Shown here piece after piece: positions 15,172-32,525 of a stretch of DNA of 64,000 bases (positions are counted from its first letter, which is position 1; each line of letters opens with the position of its first letter). Below the pieces are notes generated by a model that worked only from the letters and a program-made list of their open reading frames with translations, was not told the origin of the DNA and ran no database searches. The DNA is taken from assembly GCF_009914755.1 (NCBI RefSeq), contig NC_060925.1, one strand, 5' to 3'. The stretch is from the human T2T-CHM13v2.0 reference genome, Homo sapiens. The position numbers and the translations under genes are program-made.

Positions 15172-16087
15172 GGTGACATAGCAGTTCCCCTCCCCAGCCA
15201 AAGTCAATAGGAGAGTGGGTGATGAGTGTCTCTCATTGGCACAGAGGCCCGAGGCTCTCAGGAATGACCAAGTCCACTGGCTTGTCCAGGCCACTTAACA
15301 CCACATTCATCAATAGCTCCCTTCCTCAAATTCCTACAGCTCTGATCATCTGTCCCTTCGGCGATCCCATATTCTGGACTTCCAGGGCAGGCTTGATTGA
15401 TTTTAAACGTTCTGCCCCTTTGTTTTTCCACGTCAACAAATTCACAAATCATAGAAATTCATCCCAGGTTGGCCTGTGCATCCTGGGGCTTTGGGGACAC
15501 GGAGCCACCAGGCTTTCTCAGAAACAGAGCATGATCATGTGTACCCTTGCGTCCCAGCTTCACATCTGCATGTCTTTTCAACAATATTAATAGCTTCTTT
15601 AGAATCAGCATCTGTGTCTGTTTCTTTTGTTTTCTCCAGGACTCCTCGAAGGGGCTGAGTGTGTGGGAAAATCTAAAAATGCTTATGGGGAGGGGGAGGT
15701 TAAGCTCCCCTTCTTGTCCTTGTCAAGGGCTCTCTCCCACTACTTCACTGGGGGTGAAAGGCGCATCCGCAACAAGGGCCCCGTGAGTTCATAAGGAGAT
15801 GTCTTCTGCTTCTCTCACCCGTGCTTATTAAAAGGTAACCTAGTCCCGGTGTGGGTTTGGGAAAAACGCTGCTGGACTTGCGCGGGTCGGGGTTGCTTTT
15901 GGATAGCCACTCCCTGCACTCTTGTTTACCAAAGACCTGACTCTCCGACAGACTGCGTCAGACCCGCATGGAGTAAAATGGATCCTTTGTCAGCTGGAGT
16001 CTGAATTGAAACGCCTTCTCTGCGGCCCTCCCCAGACCGACCCCAGCGTTTTACAAGGGAGCCCTGGCGTTGCCTTACGCTGCCCGA

Positions 16088-16106
16088 TGCTGCCCCCTGC
16101 AGGCGG
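16088..16106 (-). promoter_or_regulatory. CTCF-type motif in a CpG-enriched patch (~15760-16140)
   Basis: Minus strand CCGCCTGCAGGGGGCAGCA closely matches the CTCF core; local CpG retention. Confidence 0.65.
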
Positions 16107-18239
16107 CTCGCAGACACAGCCCGCTCCGCTGGGTGTGGAGGCTCAGCCTGTCCCACACAAATGGGTTTTCATCACCTAGAGTTGTCAGAGCAGCTAATAG
16201 CGCATGAACAGGAAGAAAATTAGGCTTCTCTAAGTGAATTGGGTGTTGAAAGACACTGAGATAAATGGTGGAGGCAGTGAGAATGACTGATGGTGTTTCA
16301 AGTCTGAAGTAATAAGTTGGGGAGGTGAGGGTGGGGGGTGGGAGGAGAAGGAACTAGTGTTTACAGTGACCATGTGATTTAAATCTGGGCTCACAACAGC
16401 CTCAGAGGCAAATGCTCTGAACTCCTGTTTAATGGATGGTGAAGTCGAGTCTTAGAGAAAAATTAAATAACTGCCCAAGATTATACAGCAATAAATGGCA
16501 GACCCAGGACTTGAACTCAGTGACCCCAGGCCTCTGTGACATCTGCTGTCCCGCCACCCCACCATAAGAGATCATCGTCCTGCCTGGAGGAAGATCCCTT
16601 TGTTTATGGGATGAACTGGGTTTTTTGGAATGAAGGGGAAACTTCAACAGGGAATTCTCTTCACTAAGACAGTTTGTAGCTGTAGCCTCTGTCATGTGAT
16701 ATGAGGGGTGTTTGGCAGATCTCCCTGCCTGAAAACATCTCCCCAACTTGCTCATCACATTGCCTGGAATTTTGCTATAAGAGAGTCCTTCCTTTGATTA
16801 AGATTGGCTAAGTGGTACTCCTGTTAAATGAAAATGCAATTCCTGTGGGGGAGTCACAGGTTAAACCTTTAAATCTTAATTCAACCTCAGTGGAGATTAG
16901 CTCATCAGGTTGCTTCATCCCTGTGATAGAGAATGAAGGGTGTGGGGAAATTGGAGGACAGGGGGTGTGCCAAAATCTAATTTTATTACTAAATGTCTCA
17001 GAGACTCCTCAAACTGTACCAAATGAAACTCTTTATCTTCTCTCCCACACTCTCCCTTCTTGGACATTAAACAGGCTCAGAAATCCCTGCAGTGTCCCTC
17101 TCTCCTCCATCTGATGGTCACTGGGTCCTCCCCAGCCTGCCTCTGAAGTGGTGCCTGAATCTCCACCGTGCACCCTCACTCTGTGGTGTGCTCAGGCCCT
17201 CGTCAGTGTGTTTCTGCCCCTGAGACTTTACCCTTTAATCAAACCTCAGTGCAGCAGCAAATGAGAGCTTTTGAAAACATGAATCGGAGGATGCTGCATT
17301 TCCTCCTAAAATCTTCCTCAGTGCCTTAAAGAAAAGTGCCAATTCCTCAGTATTTTATACTTAGGAGAGTGTTCCCATCCTTCTCTCTTGCCTCTCCTCT
17401 GTACCTCTCATTACCACCCTCCTTCACCCCATTCCCCAGCCTGGTCATCTCATTCATAGCTCCATGCTTTTGTGCTTTGTTTTTGTCAGGAAAGCCCTTC
17501 TCCTTCAGTGGTCAGCTAACTACTCCTCCATGAAGCCATCCCTGATTCCTACTCCAGCCCCCAAGGAAGAGGTAAGTTTTTATGTCACCCCTCACTAAGC
17601 CCACACACATGAATGAATGGATGAGTAAACGAAGCTCAGCTGATGAGTGGACTATCCAGTTCAAAAGATGAGGTTGTTTCTGAAATGAATATAAACCAAA
17701 CTGTGGCTACGTTTTTGAAGGTTGCTGCTATGATGCACTGAATGTGTCTGTGTGTGCATTGGTGGGATACAAAGACTCTGTTAGGGTAAATAATTTGATG
17801 GGCCTTGAACTTACACAAGCAGACTAGTTTCAGAACATTGCCATGGAGACGAATGAGGACTCAAGCAGCAGGGTACCACTTAGGCAATGACAGATTTTAC
17901 AGAAAATGGGCTTAGATACACCTTTCTTGTCAAAAAATCTCCTAGCTAATGGGGAGAGTGCTTCAAGGCAGAATAAAAGCTTGCACCCTCAATGAACAAA
18001 AAGCTCCTGAAGTTAGAAAACCAGGAAGTAGCAGGTCAGGAAGAAGATAAATTCTTAGCGATAGACTGAAAGACAAATGGCCAAAGAGGATGTTGGGGCC
18101 ATGCCGTGATGTTAGATGGAGTTCAGCATATTATATTAGAAAATAAACAAAGGATGAAGATGTTTCAAATGTATCTTTATATGTTCTGTTGCGTGAAGTG
18201 AGGAAGCTGTTCCCTTGGTCCTTGGCAAACTGTTAAATC

Positions 18240-18550
<311 letters not shown>

Positions 18551-18639
18551 TAAATCATTTATTACAGAACTAGGACTATATAATCTCCTACATAGCCACC
18601 ATAGAACCTTTCAAGTCAGGGCTTGCACTTGGACACATC

Positions 18640-19930
18640 TGCCATCCAATCCACAGACCCCATTCAAAATTTTCAAGCTGTCCCAACAATGTCTCTTTTT
18701 CCTTTCTAGTCCAAGATCATATCCAGGAATACAAGTTGCATGGTTCTTGTGCCTCTTTAGTTTTCTCCAATTTGAAACAGTTTCTTAGTCTTTCCCTGTC
18801 TTTCATGTCATCGACTGTTTTAAAGAGTACAAACCTTTCATTCTGCAGGACGTCCCTGGGTCTGTCTAATGTCCTGGTGTCCAGACTTGGGTCATGCTTC
18901 CTTGATAAGAACACCACAGAAATGATGCTATTCTCATTTCAGCAAATTGCATGGGGTGGAAGGAGGAGACATAGGATGTCAATCCATTCCACAACTGGAA
19001 CTGTTTATTTTGATCACCAGTCACGTACCAACGTTTGTCTGCCAGGTTTCTCTCCTATAAAGACCCCATTTACCCCCTTTAAATTGATGGCGTTTTGTGG
19101 GGAGGTAATCCTGTTCTTTATCAAACTTGCATCTCCCAATCTTAGCCTCCATTGATGTCTCCTGCCAGAATCAACCACAACTATGACAGTTTCCAAATTA
19201 TGGTTTTCTATTTCCATCATTCCTTTTCATTTTATTAGTTGGTGGGCTACTGTAATACAAAGCTTTCCCATTTTCTATGTTCGTTTGCATATTTATTTCA
19301 GTAGGGAATCTTGTTTTATTCAATGGATTGTATTCCATTGCCGTCCTTGTTTATTTTGATGTTCACATTGCTCCAGATATGGCCAGTGGAGTCCCTTCAG
19401 CTTGGCTCCTGCCTCCTTCTGACACATCTCCACCATTCTCAGCACTGTCTTACTTTCTGGCACTACAAAATGACCAAGGCTCATCATGGTACTTTTCCTT
19501 CTCCAGCCTGGAATTAGCTCTTTCTCCAAGGAGCCCTGCCTTCTTGTAGTGGAGGATGGTGTTTAGGAACCAAAATCTGAGCCCTTAGTGTGCTTCTTGT
19601 TACTGAGGTGTCATTGCTTCTAGGCCTGTTGAGTGGACAGATCTAGGAAATATATGTGTGCATATGTACACTCACAGGTGTATACACACATCTACAACTA
19701 TTTCCATATCTACCTGTGTTTATATATCAGAAAACAGTAAGTCGATGATACTCACACCTCCAGTTCCAATCCACCTCAGTGTTCTTTATAGTTTCCTTCT
19801 TTTCTATATTTGTAATTCTCTTCTCCAACAGTAAGAAACCGGACTGTCATTATCCTCAAGATATGTACTTATTTGCTCAATAAGTTTACTTATTTTTGTA
19901 ACGTAATCAATCTCCCAATGACAGCAGCTG
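18640..19930 (-). mobile_element. Old L1M (L1MC-type) 3' region
   Basis: T-rich degenerate sequence with L1MC-like motifs (ccattcaaaattttc...gtcccaacaatgtc, tctttagttttctccaatttgaaacagtttc). Confidence 0.6.
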
Positions 19931-20497
19931 TGTCTTTCACCTCTACTCCCTGTCCCCACCTCTAGTGCCCTGTATCCTTAGGTGCCAGCAGGCATATCAT
20001 CAGTGAACTCCACACAGCAGCCCCCTCTCTGTCAGTACCCCATAGGGGCCCTATGTGACTCTTCCAGGCCAGGAAGGGAGGGGAAGGAAAAAGAGAAGAA
20101 AGGAAGATGAAGCCTGTGTGGATTGTTTTAACTGAATGCCAAAAGGAAGAAGGAGATGCCATTTTGCCTATGCCAGCAAGTGCTTTGTCAAGTATTGATC
20201 AATAAGAAAGTACAGATATCAATAAGAAAGTATATACTCATGCATGTACGAATCAGTGATGAATATGACTTTAATACATAATCTAGTTATTTATGTTTAA
20301 AAGTAGTACATTGTTGATACTCCTTTCTTCACAAATACCCTAAAACCTTGTAGATGGGGTGGAGTGGGAAATATAAATTATCAGAAATGTGATCAGGAGT
20401 CAAAGAAATGCCCAAAGGGCAATTCAGAGTTGCATTCAGGCCTCAGAACAGGACACTTCTCAAAATTTGGGAGACAAAGTTAAAAATAGCTTATCCT

Positions 20498-20812
20498 GGT
20501 GGGCACGGTGGCTCATGCCTGTAATCCCAGCACTTTGGGAAGCTGAGGTGGGCAGATCACTTAGAGCTCAGGAGTTCAAGACCAGCCTGGCCAACACGGC
20601 AAAACCCCATCTCTACAAAAATACAAAAAAATTAGCCGGGCATTAGTGGTTCATGCCTGTAGTCCCAGATACTCAGGAGGCTAAGACTGGAGAACCTCTT
20701 GAGCTCAGGAAGCAGAGGTTGCAGTGAGCCGAGATTGCACTACTGCACTCCAGCCTGGGCAAGAAAGTGAGACCCTTTCTCAAAAACAACAACAGCAACA
20801 AAAACAAAAACA
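20498..20812 (+). mobile_element. Alu (J/S) with (CAA)-rich tail
   Basis: ggtgggcacggtggctcatgcctgtaatcccagcactttggg... to A-rich tail. Confidence 0.93.
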
Positions 20813-20979
20813 AACTTGTTTATCCTCTGAGGTTGAAGCCAACAAAAAGCAGCCCCAAATAAATGAGATTAACTACCTGTGGGTGGAACTGTCTTGGAAG
20901 ATGACTTATAATTGACTCCAGGCATCTTTCACATCTCCATGAAGGAGAATGAAGAGCCTTCCAAAATCTTCCTCTGCAG

Positions 20980-22560
20980 TAGTTCATTCATTCAACACTA
21001 TTCACCTTGATGTCTGCCGTGTTTTCCCTTGTAACAATGCTATTTATCTCTTTGGAATTGTATGTCAGTTGGCTGAGCACTGGAGGATATAACAGGGAAG
21101 AAAACACATTCCTCATAGTCAGAAAGTTCATGGTCTGGAGTGGGAGACAGTGACCAGGGCACTTCAGCATGTGAGCTATGTGCATTGAGAGGCGTGAGCA
21201 TCTAGCTCTGACTGGGTGGAGGTATGTGGAAAGGTGTGCCAGGGAGGTGACCGCTAAGTGGACACCTGAAGGACTCATGGGAATCAGCCAAGAGAAGGGA
21301 GTGGAGGGAATGTTACGGGATGAGTGGCCACATGTCCCAAGGTCTGGAAAAGTGAGAGAGCACGGAGCGCCTGGCCAGTGGCAAGTGGGAATGTCAAGTT
21401 TGAGGGGGAATGGGGTGGGGGTGAGATGGAGAGCTAAGCAGGCCTGGATCATCAGAGGTCTTGGAAGCCGTATTTAGGCATTTGGACTTCGTCCTAGGGA
21501 GAGCGAGACATCCCTCAAGTGTGATCCGTAGACGTGTGATATGATCATGATCCCATTTTAGAAAAGCTCCCTGACTGTGTACAACAAGTTAGCCATACTC
21601 CTGGTTAAGGGCACAGTCTCCACAAGACTGCCCTCACTTCAGACATCAGCCCCAAGTTTGGAGGTCCTCAGGGTCACCTTCTCTTCTGACAAGTTGCCTA
21701 GAAATTCAGGGGTTCCCACACTACCTTCAGGTTTGATGATTCACTAGAACAACTCATGGAAATCCGGGAAGAGCTATACTTATGATTACAGTTTTATTAT
21801 AATAAAAAGATACAAATTGGAACCTGTCAAAGAAAGGGACACATACAGCAGAATCTGAGAGGGTTTCAAACATGAAGCTTCTGTGTCCTCAGGATACAGT
21901 GCCCTGCCAGCATTGTATGTGACAACATTTATGCAGGAAGTCCACTCAAGCTTTGTCATACAGTTTTTACTGGACTATAATGAAGTCCAGAGCCTTCATT
22001 AGCTAGTTGTGATTGATCGAATTTTTGCTCTTGTGGGTGGACTCGATCTCCAGGCCTCCTCCCCTTCCCAGAGGTCAGGCTGATATCATGAGGCCCAAAG
22101 CCCCAACCCCCTAACCACATGGTTGGTCCTTCTGGCATGGTCAACCCATACACTGAGTCCTCTCATACTAAATAAGGGACCCACCACGAATAACACAGAT
22201 ACTCCTATCACTTGGGAAATTGCAAGGATTTAGAGGTTACCTCCCAGGAGCTGGGACGAATGCCAGATCTCTCCTTAGGTGAGGCCAGATTCCTTACTCA
22301 CACCGTGGTGTGGCAATTAGACTGGATGAAAGCAAGTTTAGAAGCAGGGAAATCAATTGCTAGTTGCTGCAGCAATCCAAGGAAGAGAACATGGTGGTCT
22401 GGACCAAAGAACAGCAGAAGGAATGGAAAGAAGTGGAAGGTTTTCAAATGCTTGAATCCTAGAATGTCAGGACTTGGTGGCTGACTACTGGATAAGGGGT
22501 TTGAAGGATGGGGAGGAGTCAAGGATGATGAATAGGTATCTGGCCTGGGCAAATGGTTGG
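20980..22560 (-). mobile_element. L2 interrupted by an LTR
   Basis: ttcattcattcaaca terminus and purine-rich antisense L2 body resuming after 22300. Confidence 0.6.
21580..22300 (-). mobile_element. ERVL LTR of the MER21/MER77 group
   Basis: ttaagggcacagtctccacaagactgccctcacttcagac...ttacagttttattataa...aggttacctcccaggagc. Confidence 0.75.
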
Positions 22561-22863
22561 TTTGGGGCTGCTGTTTGCCAACACCTTTGGCTTTTCAGTT
22601 TCCTGAACAATCAGCCTCGCAGAGTGCTTGGCACATAGTGAGCATTCCATAAATATCTATTGAATAAAGAATGAACGAATGAATGGACTCATCTTTAAGC
22701 AAAAGAGACGGTGACTGGACCTAGACTGCTGCAAGAGAGCAGACCAGGCTCAGAAATGTTTATTGTCCACTTCTGAGACGGGGTCACAGAGGAGCTCACC
22801 TATCTTCAGCAACTGGACATTTTCACCTTCCATGTAGGAGGCTTCCCAGGCCTGCTTAAGTAG

Positions 22864-22864
<1 letters not shown>

Positions 22865-22913
<49 letters not shown>

Positions 22914-22935
22914 GTTTATGTGTACATGTATGTGT
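22865..22935. repeat. (TGTATG)n microsatellite
   Basis: Direct hexamer repeats. Confidence 0.9.
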
Positions 22936-23600
22936 GTAATGAGCGGTGGCTCTATGCAAGTTGTGAATTTTATTGATCATTTGAAAGCCTGACTCATAAT
23001 ATTATTTTGGGGAGGCTTGAAAAGGGGCTTATGTGTACTTAGAATGGAATTGGGATGAGTGTTGAGGAGGAACTTACTTTCTCCTCTTTTCACATTTCCG
23101 TATGAGGGAGTTTGATTAGGGTGACATTCCTAGCTTCTCTCTGTCTCTTACTCTATTTTCTTTAGTAGTTGAACTGCTTAGTGAGCCTGTAAAGGAAATT
23201 GAGGTTATGTGGCTCAGCCACTTCCGGGCCCTCTCTTAGGATCTGCCTGCCTGTAGAGAGTATGATCATTGCTTTCAGCCAGGTGCTTAGTGAGGCAGGC
23301 CTCACGGTGGGAGGCCTCGGGGATGCAGCTGTGCTAGTGCGTGGAAGGGCGAGTCTGCCTGATCCTGGGATGCAGTGTTAGAAAGCACACGGTTACTGTG
23401 TCCCTAAGTCACATTTCCTGAATCGGTTTTGTTATTCATATGTTCATGAAAGAGGGATGGTATCTATTTCAATCTCTCCCCAACACTGGGCTCCCAGCTG
23501 AAGGAAAGATGTCTGCAATGGGCTTTTCATGGCTGAAATGACCCTGCCCTGGTTCCCTGGGGAGTGGTTTTATGGCTCCCTCCCAGCTTCAGTTCCCATT

Positions 23601-24018
23601 TGTCTTAGTCCATTTTCTGTTGCTATAACTGAATATCTCAGACTAGGTAATTTATAAAGAAAAGAAATTTATGGAATTATTGTAGTTCTGCAGGCTGGAA
23701 AGTCCAAAGTCAAGAAACCACATTGAGCAAGAGCCTTGCTGGTGGGGATTCTCCATAGAGGCTCAAGGTGGTGCAGGGTATCACATGGTGGAGGGCTCAT
23801 GAGAGACCTGAACTGGCTTTTAATAACAGACTCGCTCTTGTGATAACAAACCCACTCCCCTGATTTCCCATTAATCCATTAGCCCATCAATCCATTAATC
23901 ACATTAACTATTAATTATTAATCAGAGCCCTCCTGACCCATCACCTCTTAAAGGCCCCTCCTGTTAATACTGTTACATTAGGGATTAAGTTTCAACATGA
24001 GTTTCAGAGGGGACAAAT
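23601..24018 (-). mobile_element. MaLR LTR (MST type)
   Basis: tgtcttagtccattttctgttgctataac...ttcaacatgagtttcagaggggacaaa. Confidence 0.85.
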
Positions 24019-24754
24019 TCTGTTCTTTTAGAGAGCCTCCCAGATTCCCTTCATGATTAGAATATGGTTATACAGTCTGAGCTGGGATTGAGTTAGGGTT
24101 ACTGGATTGTGATTTCCAGCTGGTTTTAAGAATCATGAACCTGGTACTCAATAAATACTAGTTGATGGCCTGGGGAATGTGAAGCTTAGGCTTGTGTGAT
24201 ATTGGTGTTGGGTGGGCTTTCGGCAAGACACCAGTGGATATGGGCAATATCTTGGTGCTGATGTTGGCTGCTCCCAGATGCATCTGGGGACTTTTCCAAT
24301 GCTAACCAACAGGTGCTATTTGTTATATCACAAAAATCCTCCAAGTCCACATGACTGAAAATTGGGGGCAAAGGTCACCTCTGAAAGCTTATTTCTATCT
24401 TATTCCTATGTCATTCCTGAAAAATCCATGTGCTTATTATAGATTGTAGTGGTGATAAAAGAGGTGAATTGCTGAACTGACAAAAATACTACAAAGTAGA
24501 AGCAGGGGATTAAATATACAAAATTGTAACCTGTGATCAAAATTGTGACTTTGATCTAGGCTTAGAAATTGTTACACCTTATCCCATGTTACTGGCAGGC
24601 AATGTAAAGTCAATATATTGCCAAAGAATTTGTCAGCCACACTGGGCAGTGTCCTCTCTACTAAAAGGCCACAGCCATGGAATGAAAGCCCTGCTCCTGG
24701 TCACAGACAGCCCAGGTCTGTTCTGGGAGCCAGATTTAAGGGAGGCCATAGCAG

Positions 24755-24975
24755 TGCCAGATGGTAGAAGCCAGAATATGGACTGTGGAGCCGGGTAGAA
24801 CCTGGTTTGAATCCTGCCTCTGCTGTGAATGACCTTGGGCATATAACTTAACCTCTCTGAGCTTCTCTGAGCCACTGTCTTCTTATCTGTGAAATGGGAA
24901 TGGTAACATCACACTAGATTCTTGTCAAGATCAAAAAAAGATGATGTACTTATATGAGTACCTAGCACCATGCTT
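24755..24975 (+). mobile_element. MIR SINE
   Basis: ctggtttgaatcctgcctctgctgtgaatgaccttgggc...aacctctctgagc...atctgtgaaatgggaat. Confidence 0.85.
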
Positions 24976-26419
24976 TGTTGACATTGACATGTGAGACCCT
25001 TTCTCTCAGACTCTATCCTGATTGCATCAGAATTCTACAAGGCCTGGCATCCACTTATCAAGGGTATTAATTTCCTCCACGAGGCTGCTTTGACCTCCAG
25101 AACCCAGCGGGCGTGCTCTTCTGAACTCTCCACCTTATCACCTCCATGGATCATATCTTGCTTTGCTGAGTGTGCTTTCTATTCCTGTATCTGCATTTTA
25201 CTTCCTCGATTAGGGTGTAATCTCTTTCCAAGCAGAAGCTTTCATCTTTTTAAAATGTTCCATTTTTGCATTTTAGCGCCGTGCCTTTTTGCACATAGCG
25301 CTTGCTCAAAAAATAGGGATCGGTTGATATTTTATCTACTTTTGTGTCCTAAAAATTGCCCCAGAGTCATGAGCTGAACTTAGCTTACATGAGGTCGTTA
25401 CTACAAAGTCACAACATGTTTATTCATTTATCTGTTTATGTGGTAGCCCTACCATGACTCACACATCCAAATGAGGATTGCAGCCGTATAAGGGGCACTG
25501 TGAAGGCTGACTGTGATTCTGGGAGCCTGTCACCTCGCAAAACATTTTTGGAACTCCTGCTTTGAATCAGTGCCAGAGTTGCAGTGGTGAATCTTCACAC
25601 CTCCTGGGAGGAGTTATTTTTGGAAACAGTGAAAATCTGTCTGGTCACATTTGGTAGGTGTGGTCATTCAGGGCCTGAGTGTGAGGAGGGATGCTCAGTG
25701 GAGTGATAATTAGTTAATATTTAATTGGCCATTTCCAATGTGTCAGCCAGTTTACATCCACTGTCTTATTTTAATCTTAATGTGACCTCTATGAAGTAGG
25801 TGGTCTTGTTATCACCATTTTATAGAAAAGGGACCCTGAGGCACAGAGAGTATAAACCACACTCTGTACAGGGACTCCATGGCTTTTTACCCATTATTAA
25901 GCTAGTGTAGCAGGCACAGGGGACATACCCAAGTAACCCTTATGTACCCTAGCAGAGATGAGGGACCTGGACACCTTTTTTAAAAACAATAAGGCCAAGG
26001 ACAGCCACATTTGGATTAGTGGGAGCAGGGGGAGAGTATGGGGAATGCGGGAACCCGGGAGGAGCTAAGAAAACTGGTCAGATCCTGCATCATAGGTGAG
26101 TACAGGCACCCCAGGGGGCCCAATGGGAGAGACCAGAGAAGGGAGGAGAGCACTGGGGCTTGTTTGGGAACCTCTGAGTGGGTAAAGATGGTCACTAAAA
26201 TCTCCAACCAAAGGAATTCTTTTTATGCCTCTCTTTTTTGCTTTCTTAAAATTGTATTCATACTTGCTGATTATAAAAGGAGTTCAAGTTCATCGTAGAA
26301 AACTTAGAAAATATAGAGAAGTGATAAAGAAAATAAAAGTCATCTGTAAATGTCCCTCTCCTCCCCCAGGCCTCAGGCTTTGCTAAGACAAGGCCGCTGA
26401 GCAGATCAGCACACATCGG

Positions 26420-26620
26420 GTTATTTATAAAGCTCCCGCCTTCCTCTCCACCCACTCCCCTCTCTCTTGGCTACGGAGAAGCCTTCGGCCAGGACATTCC
26501 CTTGCAGCCTACTCAAGCTGCTATATAAAGCCCTGCACTTCTCGGGGCTGGATCAGAACGTTCCTTATCTCTCTGCAGCAGGACGCTGATAATCTGCCCA
26601 GCTGGCAGGCGCTCTGAGGT
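26420..26620 (+). promoter_or_regulatory. Striated-muscle-type TATA promoter (predicted TSS ~26555)
   Basis: MEF2 TTATTTATAA 26421-26430, GC box ~26433, M-CAT ACATTCC 26494-26500, TATATAAA 26522-26529, GATA TTATCT 26565-70 and TGATAA 26587-92, CAGCTG 26599-604. Confidence 0.6.
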
Positions 26621-27337
26621 CGGCTTGGGCTGCTGCTCTCAGGGCCTACAGCCCCCGTGTGGTCGTCTTCTCTGGTTCCCACTGAAACTTGGCCAACAAC
26701 ACTAACTGAAACCTCAAATATAGGAAGTTGTTGGCTTGTTTCATTAGAGGGCAGTTGCCAGACAGCTGAGATGAACTTAATGGGCTTGGCATGGGTGACT
26801 GGTGTGTCCAGCACATTCAGGCTTAGTGGTCAATACTGATGGCCCATCATAACGTCCCCTTCGGAAGCAGCTGTGCCAGCTCCCTCCTTCCCCAGCCCCC
26901 ACCCCTGTTCCATCCCCTTTCTCTGCATTAGTGCTTGGCTCAGAGTCTTCTTCATCCATATGGCTTCTACAGGCAAAGGCCTTCTGTGGCCAGGTGGCCT
27001 GCTGCATTGCAGTGCCACAATTCCAGGCTGGACTTCTACCTAATTGAGAGTGGACCACAGCAGACGTACTTGCTCTGCCTAGAAAATAAGTTTTGTCATG
27101 AGAGGCAGAACCATCTTATTGCTGTAAGTCAGGGCAGAGGAGTGTGCAAAAGAGGCAAGGTATTATCCTGAAAAAATACACAGGTTTTAAATCGGAGCTG
27201 GTGTGACATCCTAGCTTCTCCACTTAGAAAGAAGTGTGATCCTAAGTAAGTTATGTAACCCCTTCGAAGCCTGGTTTTCTCATCTTTAAAATGTAGAGTG
27301 ATATTTCCATCTTAGAACTGTTGTAAAATGTAAATAA

Positions 27338-27717
<380 letters not shown>

Positions 27718-28180
27718 TTATGGTAGCTATTATAATTATTGTTAATAATATTATTATTTATGAACATTTGAATGAGAAAGAGTTGGTGGTTTCTTTTTTT
27801 CCTCTTAGATTCAAGATCCAATAGGGAAACTTTTGACCTTGGTTGTTAAGAAACCCATCTAGGCAGGTAGGTGTGTGTTTCCATTGATATTTAAATGAGT
27901 TTTTCAAGTGTTGAGAGAATTTTTTCAAAGCAACTTCTGGGCCCTGAGAAGGTTCTGGTTCACCTTCATATTGGCCTCATAAGAATCAGGTCAACCTCAT
28001 ATGAAAAGGCAAGTCGTTGTACCTACTTCTTGGTCAAAATTTAGTAGCAAAATATTCCTGCTGTAAGCCACAAGACATTTTCAAGATGGAATGATTATCT
28101 GTAAAACAGCAATAATGAAAACATCACTTACCAGAACTTAGGAGGTACAGTTAAAGCAGTGTCCAGAGGAAAATGCGTAG

Positions 28181-32040
<3,860 letters not shown>

Positions 32041-32525
32041 TATAGTGTTGAACCTCCCTTGTGAGGTAGGTACCACAATTATGTCCTGTTCTGTGGATGA
32101 GGGTAACTGGGGCACAGAGAAGCTGTCCAAGGTCACATACTAACTGGTGAGGGACAGTGCTACGTCTTGAACTCAGGCAGTCTGGCTTCAGAATTTTTAC
32201 TCTCATTACTACATCATGTTCTTTTGTATGTATACCTGGGCATATTTGTTTGTATTTTCATAAACTATCTCTGGGTGATTAAGAGAAACTATGGGAAGGG
32301 GATATTTCACTGTATTTCCTTCTGTGCATATGACTACTGGGTCACATGAAATATTATCTATATATTTTTTAAAAATTCAATAAACGTATGATTAGGAGCA
32401 GGGTGCAGGGGAGGGGGATATGTTGCTTAGGACCTGAGTTCCCTAAGGCAGTTGTAAAATTCCAGCCTGGGTACCAGGGGCAGAAGGTCTCCGCCTGCTG
32501 CGCTGGCTACACTGTGTGGCCTCAC

